DNA of 64,000 nt from the human T2T-CHM13v2.0 reference genome, Homo sapiens, in NCBI RefSeq assembly GCF_009914755.1, contig NC_060931.1, one strand, 5' to 3'. The position numbers were made by a program, and so were the translations under genes. The notes under the pieces are model-generated. The model was not told the origin of the DNA, made no database searches, and saw nothing but the letters and a program-made list of their open reading frames with translations. Of this stretch, positions 1 to 13,489 are shown in pieces. The first letter of the stretch is position 1. Each line of letters begins with the position of its first letter.

Positions 1-1430
<1,430 letters not shown>

Positions 1431-1805
1431 CAGCTTTATTGAAGCAGCAGTATTACAGCTCTGTGACTGCTTCTGCAGAGCAGCGCTCCGCTGTAGGCAG
1501 AGTAGCAGCTCAGGGCTGATTTGTAGTCGTATTTATACCAACTTTTAATTGGATGTAGATTAAGGATTAGTTTATGCGGAAATTTCTAGGGAAAGGGTAA
1601 TAACTTTTGGGTCATCAAGTTGTTGTCATGGAAAGGGGCGGTAATTCCTGGGTGTTGCCATGGCAATGGTAGGTAAACTGACATGGCACACCGATGGGCG
1701 TGACTTATGGAAAGCTGCTTCCGCCTCAGCCCTGTTTTAGTTAGTCCTCAGTCTGGTCCAGTGTCTGAGTCCCCACTTCTGGAGTCGGGTCCCCCGCCTA
1801 CCTCA
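1431..1805 (-). mobile_element. ERV1 LTR, MER66-like, interrupted near its 3' end by the L1PA
   Basis: Minus strand begins TGAGGTAGGCGGGGGACCCGACTCCAGAAG and contains ttgccatggcaacacc and GTATAAAT; AATAAA lies next to the L1 tail. Confidence 0.75.
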
Positions 1806-1988
1806 TCACCATGTGCGGACACAGCCAGAGGTGCCATTACAGACCAAGAAACAGGCCCTCACCAGACCCTGAATCTGTCCATGCCTCGATCTTGGACTTC
1901 AAACCTCCGGAACTGGAATAGATTTCTGTTATTTATAAGCCACCCTGTCTACGGCATTTTGCTGTAGCAGCCTAAAGGGAATAAGATA
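1806..1988 (+). mobile_element. MaLR LTR 3' half (MLT1A-like)
   Basis: gatcttggacttc..cctcc..aactg...atttctgttatttataagccacc...tagcagcc...aagata pattern. Confidence 0.8.
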
Positions 1989-2269
1989 TCGAATACATGA
2001 TTAAATTAATCCTGGTATGAGACGCATGGCTGAAGAATAACTGAATTCCTAGCCATTTCAAAGACATATCTTCCAATCCTGTAAGTACAGTTCTTCAATT
2101 ATGTTGTTTTCCTTTACGGCATTATTTATTTCTGCCTCTTGCTTGAGAAGGCAATAGAGAGTGGACCCCTGCACCAATCAAACTGCAGGAAAATGATGCC
2201 TCTGAGGTGGCATTCCACTCTCAGGCCGAGCCTTCCACCTTTACACGCTCATTGAAAATCTCACATTTT

Positions 2270-2457
2270 GCCGAGGCAGTTCCTTGTCACTTACTCCTTG
2301 AAGTTACCAGCTCAGCTGGAATCTTCAGGGCTGGGCTCCCATGTGGCCCTTCCCACTTGCACCCTCACCTGGCCTCGAATGGGACTCGCTCCTGCCCTGC
2401 TCAACCTTCCCAATCCCACAGGCCAAATAAAATTTAAAAATAAAAATAAATAAAAAA
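2270..2457 (+). pseudogene. Short 5'-truncated retrocopy (processed-transcript fragment), source gene unidentified
   Basis: GC-richer insert ending in AATAAA (2426-2431) and an A-rich tail. Flanked by 16-bp direct repeats gaaaatctcacatttt (2254-2269) and gaaaatctcatatttt (2458-2473). Target site tt/gaaaa. Confidence 0.7.
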
Positions 2458-2583
2458 GAAAATCTCATATTTTTATTATAAAACATAAATGTATAATGGA
2501 GAGTGTAAAATTCACATACATTTTAAAGAATGCTCAAGGAATTAAAAGGATGTGTTGTTTCATGCTAGTCGTTTTGAGACTGA

Positions 2584-2903
<320 letters not shown>

Positions 2904-3699
2904 TATTACTCTCTTCTAAAGCTCCTTGGGAGAAAGGAGAGGTGGAAGAGGATGGGAATGTCTGAGAGGCAGGTGCAGGCAGACCTGGGTTGAAATTTCC
3001 AGTCTGCCCTCATTTTCAGTTAAATCTGTTAATTTCTCTGAAGCTGAATTCCTGTCAATCGATGCCAAGTTACAGTGTGCTATAAGAGCATAACATGAGC
3101 TTATGTACATGGAAACAACTCAATAAGTTTTAGTACTTCTCTTCAAGTTCAAGTAAACTTCCCAACACGTCCCCAAACTTCTAATGCCCAATCCTCAGAA
3201 ATGTTCCCTGTGTTGTATATTTAATTTTTTTTACATGTATTGCTTTAATTTTTATGTATCTGTACCATATAATTTGCATATTTCATTGTGTACTTTGTAT
3301 ATGGAAATTTTTTCTCCCATCACAGCCTTTATATATATGTAGCTTGGTTTTTTTCCCTGCATTTATGCTACAAATTCTCAGTGGGATTTGTGCTGTTGTC
3401 TTCTGTTTTACAAGTTTTGCTATTGATTACCAAACAATGTAAGAAGTGTATCATTAAATATTAATATTTAACCTTAAACTTTTGGAATATCATAGGGAAA
3501 TTTATGCCTATAAACTTGGATATATGTGAGTGTGCTCAGAAGAAAATTTTGGATATGAAAGAGGGATGAAAGTATGAAAGCAATAAACTAAAAATCATGA
3601 AAACTCAAAGATAAGATAGCACAAACACGTACTAGGTACTAGAAGAGCTAAAAACCCATATATACAAATTCCAACTCCATGAAAATAAGTCCCCCTCAC

Positions 3700-3726
3700 T
3701 TCTCTCTCTCTCTTTGTTTCTCTCTT

Positions 3727-3776
<50 letters not shown>
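3700..3776. repeat. (TC)n(CA)n compound microsatellite
   Basis: Directly visible. Confidence 0.95.
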
Positions 3777-3778
<2 letters not shown>

Positions 3779-4211
3779 CTTTACCTCTCTAAATATGTAC
3801 TTGATTAAGACACATTAACTGGCCTGTGTGGGATGAAGCAGCATGTGATCCCAGTAATATGGAAGACCCAGGAAATCAGTTCTCTTTCCTAAAAGAAATA
3901 GCCTCAAATAGCCGCAACAGCAGAACTTAAGTCATCCCTTTACAGTCTGAACCTGACAGCTGTTGCTAAGCATTAGAGAACATTGCAGGGAATATTAGGA
4001 TCCTTAATATTTAAGTTAATAGATCCTGTCCTTGCTCATTGTTAACCTCTCTCTCTCTACCCTTATTCACTTGTTTAAAAGTAGCTTAATTCTTTCTGGC
4101 ATTATGTTTTTACAGTGTTAACCTACTGTAACTTTTGCATTTTTTGGCCTGACTTCTACTCCCACCCCAATATCTGCAGAGGCATCCCTTTGCCCCAGAA
4201 AACAGAGATCC

Positions 4212-4579
4212 TGTGATGGTCTTTTGATGTTTCAGTGTGACCAGGCTACAGTCACCAGTTATTTAATCAATCACTAATGCAGGTGTTGTCATGAAGACAT
4301 TTTATAGATGTGATTGAAGTTATAGTCCATAATCAGTTGACTTACAGCAGGGGAGACTAGATAATATGGTGAGCCTGATTCACTAACTTGAGAAGCCTTA
4401 AAAGCAGGGTTGATGCTTTTCTGAGAGAATGAATTCTGTCTGTGGACAGCAGCTTTAGCCTATTCTTACTGACAGCCTGCTCTAAAGATTTTGAAGCTGC
4501 TTAGCCAGTTTCTTGTAATAAATCCCTTAATATGTATCTCCTCTGATTCTCCTTTTCTGGTCAAACCCTGATGGATGCA
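4212..4579 (+). mobile_element. ERVL LTR (MLT2D/E-like)
   Basis: TGTGATGG start, cataatcagttgact, AATAAA, and a ctcc...ttct...tctgg..aaccctga..gatgCA end. Confidence 0.75.
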
Positions 4580-5800
4580 GGTCTCATAGCAGAAATGCAA
4601 AGAGAGGCATTGTTCCTCAAGTTCTGATACTCTGAATAGATGTTTTTCAATCTGCGATAAGACAATAAATTCAGAGAGGTTCTTTTAAGATGAAAGATTT
4701 GAAAAATTGGCCTTAGTAATGACAATAACCAAGTTTGGAGATAATTCAGGATATGACTTGCAGCAATATTTCTCAATTCTAAAATGTCTATACTCTTGGC
4801 CTTTTTAGAATTTACTTCCTGATTAGTAGCTCTAGGTTATGTGTCAAGATTCTACGTTCCTTATTAATGTGCCCGTGGTTTGGAAATTGCTGGTCTCCTG
4901 ACCACACTTCTGATAGCAAGGACATAAAAGAAATTGTGTGGTCAAAGAAAGTATTCTAGACCCTCTTCCTTGGGCTCAAGTCTTCAGTTTGGGTAACATG
5001 TTAATTAGGCTGAAGGGAAAGATGAAGGCAGGCAGTTGTGTCCAGTTCACACATGGAATCCCTGAAAGTCTTGCATTATTGCAATGCTACTGTCTAGAAC
5101 AGCCTTGGCAAAGAGAAGACCGAGAGCTAAGCTAGATGCAGGAACCTGGATTGAAAGCATTGTTAGATTTCTCCACAGTGCATCCAAGAGTACTAGGTTC
5201 TCTGAGAACCTTTCTGAAAGGGTACAGAGATACTGAAAGCTTAGATAAACTTGCTGATTTCTGGAAGCAGGGTCCAGAAGCTTTGGCACTGGGGTAGATG
5301 CCAGGAACCTCAGACTCCAGTGATAAATGAAAACACATCACTTTGTCTAGAGAGACAGGAGCAATAAAATCTTAGTGTTCATGCAGCAGGATGAGATTCA
5401 ATCTGCACCCAATACAAGTAGATATGAGACATTCCCTATAAGCTTACACAGATAAGGGAGGCCTCCTCCAACATGCCATCCTGAAGAACAGCCAGTGAAT
5501 AGGAAGAAAATATAAATCTATGAATATTTCCATAATTATTAAGATTTCTCCCTATCATAAAAACTTATGACATAATTCTACGTGGGTAGGAAAAAGAGGT
5601 GAATTTAAATGATTAATGGGAGCATTATTGGTTTTATAGCTCAGGAGTATTATGGGTTAAATCTTCTTTACGCATTGGCTCATAATCCTAATCAGTATTT
5701 ATTACTTTATTTCGTGGAGAAGTATAAACGAATGATAAAAAGTGAAATGTTGGAACTCAGCCTAATAATAAATTAGACATTGAATTAGCAGCATTACTCG
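4580..5800 (+). mobile_element. Possible highly decayed ERVL internal sequence
   Basis: Directly follows the MLT2 LTR; only faint resemblance to ERVL gag-pro. Confidence 0.25.
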
Positions 5801-6127
5801 ACATAGAGCTTTAAGTTGATTCAAACTAGAGTTCTGCTTCTGTCAATGGAAAAATCAATTATTTTCTAAGACCCCTCCTGTTGAAAACAACTAGCAAATT
5901 TGGATAAAATGGCTTACAAGAAAATGCGTTTGGAGTTTCTAAGACAGTGAGGAATGAAAGGCTCAGGATCTGGGGGAGATGGGAAGACCATAGTTATGCC
6001 TACTATTGGTAGTCTCTTGTCTCTTTGAAACAGCTGTCTTCTCTGAATGTGCTGTCTGAGAGGCTCAGAAACTTAGAATTTTAGAGAGATTCACTTAACA
6101 GGGAAAACAAAGACTGAAGTTTATTGC

Positions 6128-6526
6128 TGTTAAAAGAAAAACCTTAGCCAAATTAAATTTTACAGAGTTTAATTGAGCAAAGAATGATTGGTGAATCGGG
6201 CAAGCCTCCAGCGTAGGCTCAGAGAGACTCCAGCACAGCCATGTAGTGGAAGAAGATTTGTGGACAGAAATAGGAAAATGATGTACAGAAAAAATGGAAG
6301 TGAGGTACAGCGATAGCCAGATTGGTTACAGCTTGACGTTTGCCCTATTCAAACATGGTTTGAACAGTTGGCACCCTTTGATTGGCCAAACTCAGTAATT
6401 GGCACGAGAGTAGGTTACAGTCTGTTTATACCTCCATTTAGGTTATAGTTTACTATGTACAGAGAAACTTTTAGGCTAAACATAAAATATATAAGGAGAC
6501 AGCTTTAGCCTAAATTTTATTGAACA
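6128..6526 (-). mobile_element. MER57-family solo LTR (ERV1)
   Basis: TG..CA ends. Minus strand carries aaagctgtctccttata, ccaatc boxes, tacctcacttcc and ttgctcaattaaactctg. Confidence 0.88.
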
Positions 6527-6689
6527 GAGCTTATCCAGGAAAAGAAGTCCTGGTAAATACCCAGCGTTTGACTCTAACTTGCCAAGTGAACAGGAAACAC
6601 ACCAACAGGCCTAATAGAACCAGCACTATATTACAATTCTAAATCTTTAGGTACGTAATAATGTGGTCTCAAATTAAATAAAACAAAAA

Positions 6690-6945
6690 TTAACAGAATA
6701 AAAAGGAAAATGTGTAATATAATTATTACAAGGGTTTAATACCTGATAACTAATGGAACAGTAACTGATAGAACAACCAGATAAAACAATCAACAACCAT
6801 GTAGAAAAGTTGGGCAAAATAAATAATTGCCCTAATAAGCCTAAATAGAACACTATATCCAAAACTTCTGGATATGATTTCTAAGTACATCTGGCATGGT
6901 TACTGAAGTTGACTATGTACTGTGCCATAAAACAAATATAAGATT
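6690..6945 (+). mobile_element. Old L1M ORF2 (endonuclease region) fragment
   Basis: gatagaacaaccaga...atagaacactatatccaaaa...gactatgtactgtgccataaaacaa. Confidence 0.55.
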
Positions 6946-7119
6946 AATTTGGTCTATCCCTTCTGGAAAGCAATCTATTCACCTATTTTAAGAACTTTAA
7001 TGTATTCTCATTTTTTACTAGTAAGTTATTTTTGCTAAGAACATAATAAGAGATGAATAATTTTTTTCGATTTTTGTTTTAGGACATGACACAGCATTTT
7101 TATTAGGCTTAATGTTCCA

Positions 7120-7411
7120 GGCCAGGCACGGTGGCTCATGCCTGTAATCCCAGCACTTCAGGAAGCCGAGGTGAGTAGATAACCTGAGGTCAGGAGGTCG
7201 AGACCAGCCTGGCCAACAAAGTGAAATCCCATCTCTACTAAAAATTAGCCGGGTGTGGTGGTGTATGCCTGTAGTCTCAGCTACTCAGGAGGCTGAGGCA
7301 GGAGAATCGCTTGAACCCAGGAGGCAGAGGTTGCAGTGAGTTAAGATCACACCACTGCACTCCAGCCTGGGTGACAGGGAGAGACTCTGTCTCAAAAAAC
7401 AAAAACAAAAC
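7120..7411 (+). mobile_element. AluS with shortened central A-linker
   Basis: Dimeric Alu; TSD aatgttcca at 7111-7119 and 7412-7420. Confidence 0.97.
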
Positions 7412-7992
7412 AATGTTCCAAACGTGAAAAGTAACTTTTAAATATATCTATTTAGTTAACATTATGTTGTCATTAATATCATGTTCTTAAACAAATGTAA
7501 GAATATTGGAATATGTTCTCAATCAAATTTTGAATAAAATAATATGAAATGTCCAAATTCTAATTATGTAGAGTAATTTAAATGCTACCTCCCAGCATCT
7601 ATCCAGTGACTGACATATACTAGGTGTTCAATCTTGTGCAGGCACTCCCAGACAGAAGTAGTTTTTCTCTTTTCTCTCTAAATTTCCACTGAGTATTGTG
7701 CTATTTTTTTCCTTGAATTACATTTATTCATGAAGATGAGATTCTCCATATTGATATACTAAGAAGCATGGTACTAAATTTAAACTGGAATTCCACAGAG
7801 GTTCCAAAATCTTACAAAGTCTTTCCACACTGTAGAAGTGAGAACACTAGTTATTCACTTTCTTCTGATCTTTTTTAAAAAAGTATTGTAATCTATATTT
7901 TAATGTGCTCACAAAATATGAAGGCCATGATTGAGTAGCTACATTTATCGTGAACTAGCTTAAAAGTACATGATAAGTAGAAGTGAATTAAA

Positions 7993-8795
7993 ATCACATG
8001 CTGCTTAACAAAGGGGACGTGTTTTGAGCAGCGGCGTCAGGTTGTTTTGTATTTGTGTTAAGGGAGGAGACCACTCCTCATATTGCCTTATGCCCAACTT
8101 CTGCCTCCAAAGGAAGAAGTAAAAACTAAAAGGCAGAAATGAAATCCACAGGCAGACAGCCCGGTGCCACACCCTGGGCCTGGTAGTTAAAGATCGATCC
8201 CTGACCTAATCAGTTATGTTAGCTATAGATTCCAGACATTGTACAGAAAAGCACTGTGAAAATCCCTGTCCTGTTCTGTTCCATTCTAATTACCAGTGCA
8301 TGCAGCCCCCAGTCACGTGCCCCCTGCTTGCTCAATTGATCACAACCCTCTTACGCAGAACCCCTTAGAGTTGTGAGCTCTTAAATGGGACAGGAAGTGC
8401 TCACTCGGGGAGCTCGGTTTTTGAGACGTGAGTCTTGACGATGCTCCCGGACGAATAAAGCCCTTCCTTCTTTAACTCGGTGTCTGAGGGGTTTTCTGTG
8501 GCTTGTCCTGCTACAGTGTGAACATCATAGAGTGCACTTACACAAACCTACATGGTACAGCCTACCACATACCTAGGCTAGATGGTACAGCGTATTCCTC
8601 CTAGCCTGCAAATCTTCACAGCAGGTTACTGTGCTGGATACTGTAGGCAACTGTAAAACAATGGCAAATATTTGTGTCTCTAACATACCTAAATATAGAA
8701 AGGTACAGTAAAAATACAGTATTATAATCTTATGGGACCACTGTCATATACCTGGTCTGTCATTGACAGAAACGTTATTATGCTGTGCATGACTG
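7993..8795 (+). mobile_element. Tigger3a (MER7-type) DNA transposon, split by LTR2
   Basis: catgctgcttaac...; gaacatcatagagtgcacttacacaaaccta...gtattataatcttatgggaccac...gcatgactg terminus. Confidence 0.88.
8059..8515 (+). mobile_element. LTR2 solo LTR (HERV-E/Harlequin group)
   Basis: Starts TAAGGGAGGAGACCAC, ends GTCCTGCTACA; AATAAA at 8454-8459; 4-bp TSD gtgt (8055-8058, 8516-8519). Confidence 0.92.
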
Positions 8796-8824
8796 CAATT
8801 CATTCCAAATGTATAGTATTTTTG

Positions 8825-9160
8825 GCTCTCCAGCAATTTCTTTATTCATTCATCTTAGAATATGAGGCATATGCTTTTTGCAGTGTTTCTGGGAGCAGAT
8901 CAAGTCACTGAACTTTCTCTCTCCACGACTTCCTTTTATTTCCTCACTCTTCCCAGAGTCGTGTATTAACTCAGAAGGGAAACAGAACTGTTACTTCAAA
9001 CTCTAGATAACTCCACTGAGGCATTACCACTCATGCATTTTGCCTATTAAAGTGTTAGAGTGCAGCATGTTTCTTGGATATTCCTTTTGTGACAAAGACT
9101 TCCTCCAATTGAAGAGCTTTATCATCATGAAACACCACTTCCTAACATTTTATAAAATAT
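8825..9160 (-). other. Candidate terminal exon of an unidentified minus-strand transcript
   Basis: Acceptor tactttttccctgcAG (AG = 9162-9161); AATAAA at 8846-8841. Confidence 0.35.
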
Positions 9161-9824
9161 CTGCAGGGAAAAAGTACATATTATGCCATCAGAAAATCTC
9201 CTCTCAAACAAACAAAAAAGGTAACAAACCCAAAAAGGGGTCTCTTGAATGATGAACACAAACCATAAGGTGAAATTGATGAACAAAAGTCCTGTAAACA
9301 AGAAATACTCTTATTTTTGTCAATTTCTAGTTTTCATATTTAATTTTTCACCTTTCTTAATTGAAACAAGGCAAACAAGTGTGTCGCATTCACATTTCTA
9401 TTCCTCTATTGTTATGTACAGCGTGTAAATACTGCTTTATAATTGTCACTTAAATTAACATATCAATCAGCATAAAGAGGACAAACAACACAGGAGTGAA
9501 AGGCTGTCTGCATATGACAGCGTGGATATTGTGGGGTAGGAAGTAAGAGGTGAAGGGACCTCTGAGAATAAAGTGAAAGAATTCTTAACTCTTTATATGA
9601 AAATTATCTTTTATTAAAGGCTGAAAAAGCTGTCCTTAAGCAAAGTTGAATTAAATTATAAACATCAACCACTGCATTAGATTACAACATTAGCCAGTGC
9701 CTCACAGTATGCTCCTCATATCATCAAGGGACACAAAACAGTCAAGATCCCATCCAGTGGACTGCAGTGTTTTACAGTAAAAAACTGAAAACCAAACCTT
9801 CAAATTATTTGTGCTCCCACTTAC

Positions 9825-9875
9825 TGGCATTGTTTCTGTTGTGCTGGTGGAGGTTGGCGTTGTTGTTTCCATTGT
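9825..9875 (-). other. Candidate 51-nt internal exon
   Basis: Branch-like cttaac, acceptor ggttattccAG, donor CCA/GTAAGT; open in all three frames. Confidence 0.4.
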
Positions 9876-10393
9876 CTGGAATAACCAATTGCAAGTTAAG
9901 TGCTGCAATTGTGAGCTGCCTGCTGACACTTCCAAAATGACATTTCCATTCTTCAGGATTCGGAAGTTAAACAATACAGAGAATAATTTGTTTTAAAATT
10001 GAAATATTAATCCATTTCACATGCCACCCTTGAAGTCGTGTGTTCTGAAACTTGCACAAAAAATTGATGAAAACAGACTAAAAAGCAAAGTAAGAAAAAT
10101 AGGAAGCATTTGCTGCAGGTAATTTGCACACACACACACAGATGTACACACTTACTCGCAATGTTTAACACATAACGGTGAGATTGTTGCTATATCCATG
10201 TATATAATCATTACAGGTAATATTAGGTCTAAATACTATTTTGTTTTGAGTAAAGTGACACTGGGTAATGAAAGATAATTACTAATAAAAAAATTCCCTA
10301 CTATGGAATCTCTCACCACATCCTCTCAAGTCCCCCTTTGCTCTCATGCTCAAAACATTTGATATTGGGACGGTTTCATTTTCAGTACCCTAC

Positions 10394-10860
10394 TGTGAAT
10401 GGAAAATAAATCTTGGAGCCCCAAAATCACTAAGCTAAAGGGAAAAGCCAAGCTGGAAACTGCTTAGGGCAAACTGCCTCCCATTCTATTCAAAGTTACC
10501 CCCCTGCTCTCTGAGATAAATGTATATCTGATTCCCTCCTTTGGACAGGCTAATAAGAAACTCAAAAGAATGCAACCATTTGTCTCTTAGCTACCTATGA
10601 CCTGGTATCCCCCTCCCCAATTCTAGTCTTCCCGCCTTTGCTTCGAGAGGTCCCGCCTTTCCAGACCAAACCAATGTTCATCTTACGTATGTTGATTGAT
10701 GTCTCGTCTCCCTAGAATGTATAAAACCAAACTGTGCTGACCACCTTGAGCACATGTCATCAGGACTTCCTGAGGCTGTGTCATGGGCGTGCATCCTCAA
10801 CCTTGGCGAAATAAACTGTCTAAATTAACTGAGACCTGTCTCAGATTTTTGAGGTTCACA
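10394..10860 (+). mobile_element. MER4A1-like solo LTR (ERV1)
   Basis: TGTGAA..GGAAAATAAATCTTGG start, GGTTCACA end, AATAAA, TSD ctac (10390-10393, 10861-10864). Confidence 0.9.
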
Positions 10861-11112
10861 CTACAATTTTTGCTCTTAGCACTGTTCCTGGGTTACCTGA
10901 GTTTTAATCCTTTTCTCTGTGTTGATATGTTCCAAAGCCGTTTCACTAGCTCAGTACCTTCCTGAGCTCAGGCCTATGAAGCACCAGCTTCCTCCCACCT
11001 CTTTTTCTACAAGCCTCCTTCTCCTCAGTGGTTCTGGTGTTAGTTAATACCACAGTGATCCACATGTCTGCCTTCACTGGTAACCTGGCAGCATAGATTT
11101 CTTCTTCAGTTT

Positions 11113-12100
11113 AGTGATTCTCAAGCTTCTTTATCTCAGGACTATCTTAAAATTATTTTGGAACCAAAAGAGTTTTTGTTGATGTGAGTTGCATATATCA
11201 ACATTTACCAAGTTAGTACTAAGATATTTTAAAAGTTCTTATTAATCTATTCCTTTAGAAATGTTGATAAGCCATTTTAAGTTAATATAATTAACATTTT
11301 CATAAAAAAAGTTTCAAAAACAAAGAAATAAATGATAAGAATCGTATTGCTTAATGGTAAAACAAAGAAATTAGTGAGAAGCGTGTGTTGAACAAACATT
11401 ATAGAAGACCATGGTTTTGGACTAAGCCCCAATGGACCAGATTAAAAATAAAAACGGAGTCACCAATGCTAAATCTGCATGTCACCAGACCAAAATTGAG
11501 TTATTATCTGACCTACAGAGAAATCAGAAGAGCGAGATAAAAGCCTAATTAACCAAACAGACCAGTTTCAGTGAACATGATAAGGAAGGTCCCTCTGTTT
11601 AAACCTGAAGTAACCTGATGTGCACCAATCGGTTATTTCTCTATTGTTCAGTCTCCTGGTTCCTGCCTCACAGGGGAAGTAACTTTAAAACGACCAATCC
11701 ACTTTTTGTTCTTTGCTTCTGCTTTCTTCAGCATTTTCTCTCTATAAAACCAACCGTCTCTACTCTATTTATTGGAAGTTTTATTCTATTTTACGGAATA
11801 AAAGTACTGCCAACTCTAGAATCACAGTGAAGCCAATTGAGATCTTTAAATTTCTGTAATTTTACCTTTGACAAGTGGCATTTCTTAATACCTTTAGTGC
11901 CTGCCTTATATTCAGGTAGCTGGAGTCTCATATCTGCTTCTGAATTTAATCTGCTGTGATCTAAGACATTATAGTCTTTAGAAATCTCTACTGTATTCCC
12001 ATGAGAGAATAAAGGTGAAAAGGGCAAATAATGTCTTAATGTTGTCATGAAAATAGCTTTGACTTTGAGAATGGTCTGAAAGAGTCTCACAGGGGGTCTC
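11113..12100 (+). mobile_element. hAT-Charlie1 family element (MER119/Charlie1b-like), split by an LTR
   Basis: agtgattctcaa...tctcaggac...ttagtgagaag[LTR]agtggcatt...tctcatatctgcttctg...atgaaaatagctttgac. Strand given as read. Confidence 0.7.
11386..11873 (+). mobile_element. ERV1 solo LTR (LTR54-like)
   Basis: TGTT..GACA ends, ccaatc boxes, ctataaaa TATA, near-TSD cgtg/agtg. Confidence 0.75.
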
Positions 12101-12832
12101 CATTACTCCCTACATCAAATTGATCACAAAGCACTGACTCCTGTGCCTAGGTCAGGCAGGACAAAGTTCTTTACAACACTAACTATAAAAATCCACCAAC
12201 GCAAAATTTTTATGGGGTCTGAGATGAGGTTTTGATGGCACACAGCATATTTTCCTTAAACGAAAAGCAAAGAACAAAGTAGCAAAAATCCCATTAAACA
12301 CTTCTCATGTTCTCACTGATCTCCTTAGATGCTCACAAGCAGGGTCTTCTCCCTGGCCACTCTACCTTCACTCATCCTGCAAATATCTCCTAGCTCTAGT
12401 CGTTATTATCCTTCAGTTTCACCCTTGGTTCGTAGAAGAACTTAGCTCTCTTGTGTGTTTACTCATTCAGTTTTACAAAAAGAAAAAAGGTTATCATCAT
12501 CAAGGCATAGTGGGCATTTGATGGTTTCAACACTATAATAAAGAATTTTATAACCTTACAATGTGGGGAAATTTTACATAATGAGACCTGCTTGAAAATA
12601 ATCTCCTAACTGCTGTATTGCAAAACTGACATATCTGAAAATAAAACATGCAAACTAAGCCTATTCTTTGCAAATTAAATATCTGCTGAAGTTGCTCTTG
12701 CTAGTCAATGGGGAAAGTGGAGGATATATATTTGGACCCTTGGTGATCCTCTGTACTCTCTTGCCCAATTTTCATGATACTCAGACAACTGCAGCAACCT
12801 CAGCATGAGAAGAATGTGATAATCAGTACCCC

Positions 12833-13469
12833 CGTAAACCAAAAATAAAATTCTAAGCCCCCAACCTTCTGAAGGGATCCCTTGTCTCTGCCAAGGGCAT
12901 TCCAAAATTAACCTGAAAAAATTGTTCAGGCCGTGATGGAAGGGGGCCTTGAACATGCCTCATTATGGTCTCCTCCCTTTCAGAGTTCAGGAATAGCTGA
13001 CCAGCATTAACATCAATATGGGCCGTAAGCCTGATAAGACACATTTACAGTCTATCCTCTGAAGCCTGCTACCTGGAGGTTTCATCTCCATGATAAAACT
13101 TTGGTCTCCACAGCCCCTTATTGTAACCCAGACAGTCCTTTCTACTGATTCCAGGTCTTTAGAATAATAACTTAACTCCTTCAACCAATTGTCAATCACA
13201 AAATCTTTAAATCTATGAACTTAAATCTATGACCTGGAAACACCCACTTCAAGTCATCCTGCCTTTCCAGATTTAATCAATGTACATTTTACATGTAGTG
13301 ATTGATGTATTATGTCTCCCTAAAATGTACAAAAGCCAGCTATACCCTGACCACCCTGGGCACATGTCTTCAGGACCTCCTGAGGCTGTTTCATGGGTGT
13401 GTCCTTAACCTTGGCAAAATAAACTTTCAAAATTGATTGAGACTTGTCTCAGATACTTTAGGGTTCACA
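12833..13469 (+). mobile_element. MER4B-like solo LTR (ERV1)
   Basis: (c)GTAAACCAAAAATAAAATTCTAAG start, gaagcctgctacctggagg, AATAAA, GGTTCACA end. Confidence 0.88.
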
Positions 13470-13489
13470 ACCCTCTGCTGATATGATAT

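Noticed and set aside
10394-13469. Two same-strand MER4 LTRs as the ends of one provirus
   Set aside because: They belong to different subfamilies, the first has its own perfect TSD, and the intervening DNA is Charlie, another LTR and unique sequence rather than MER4 internal.
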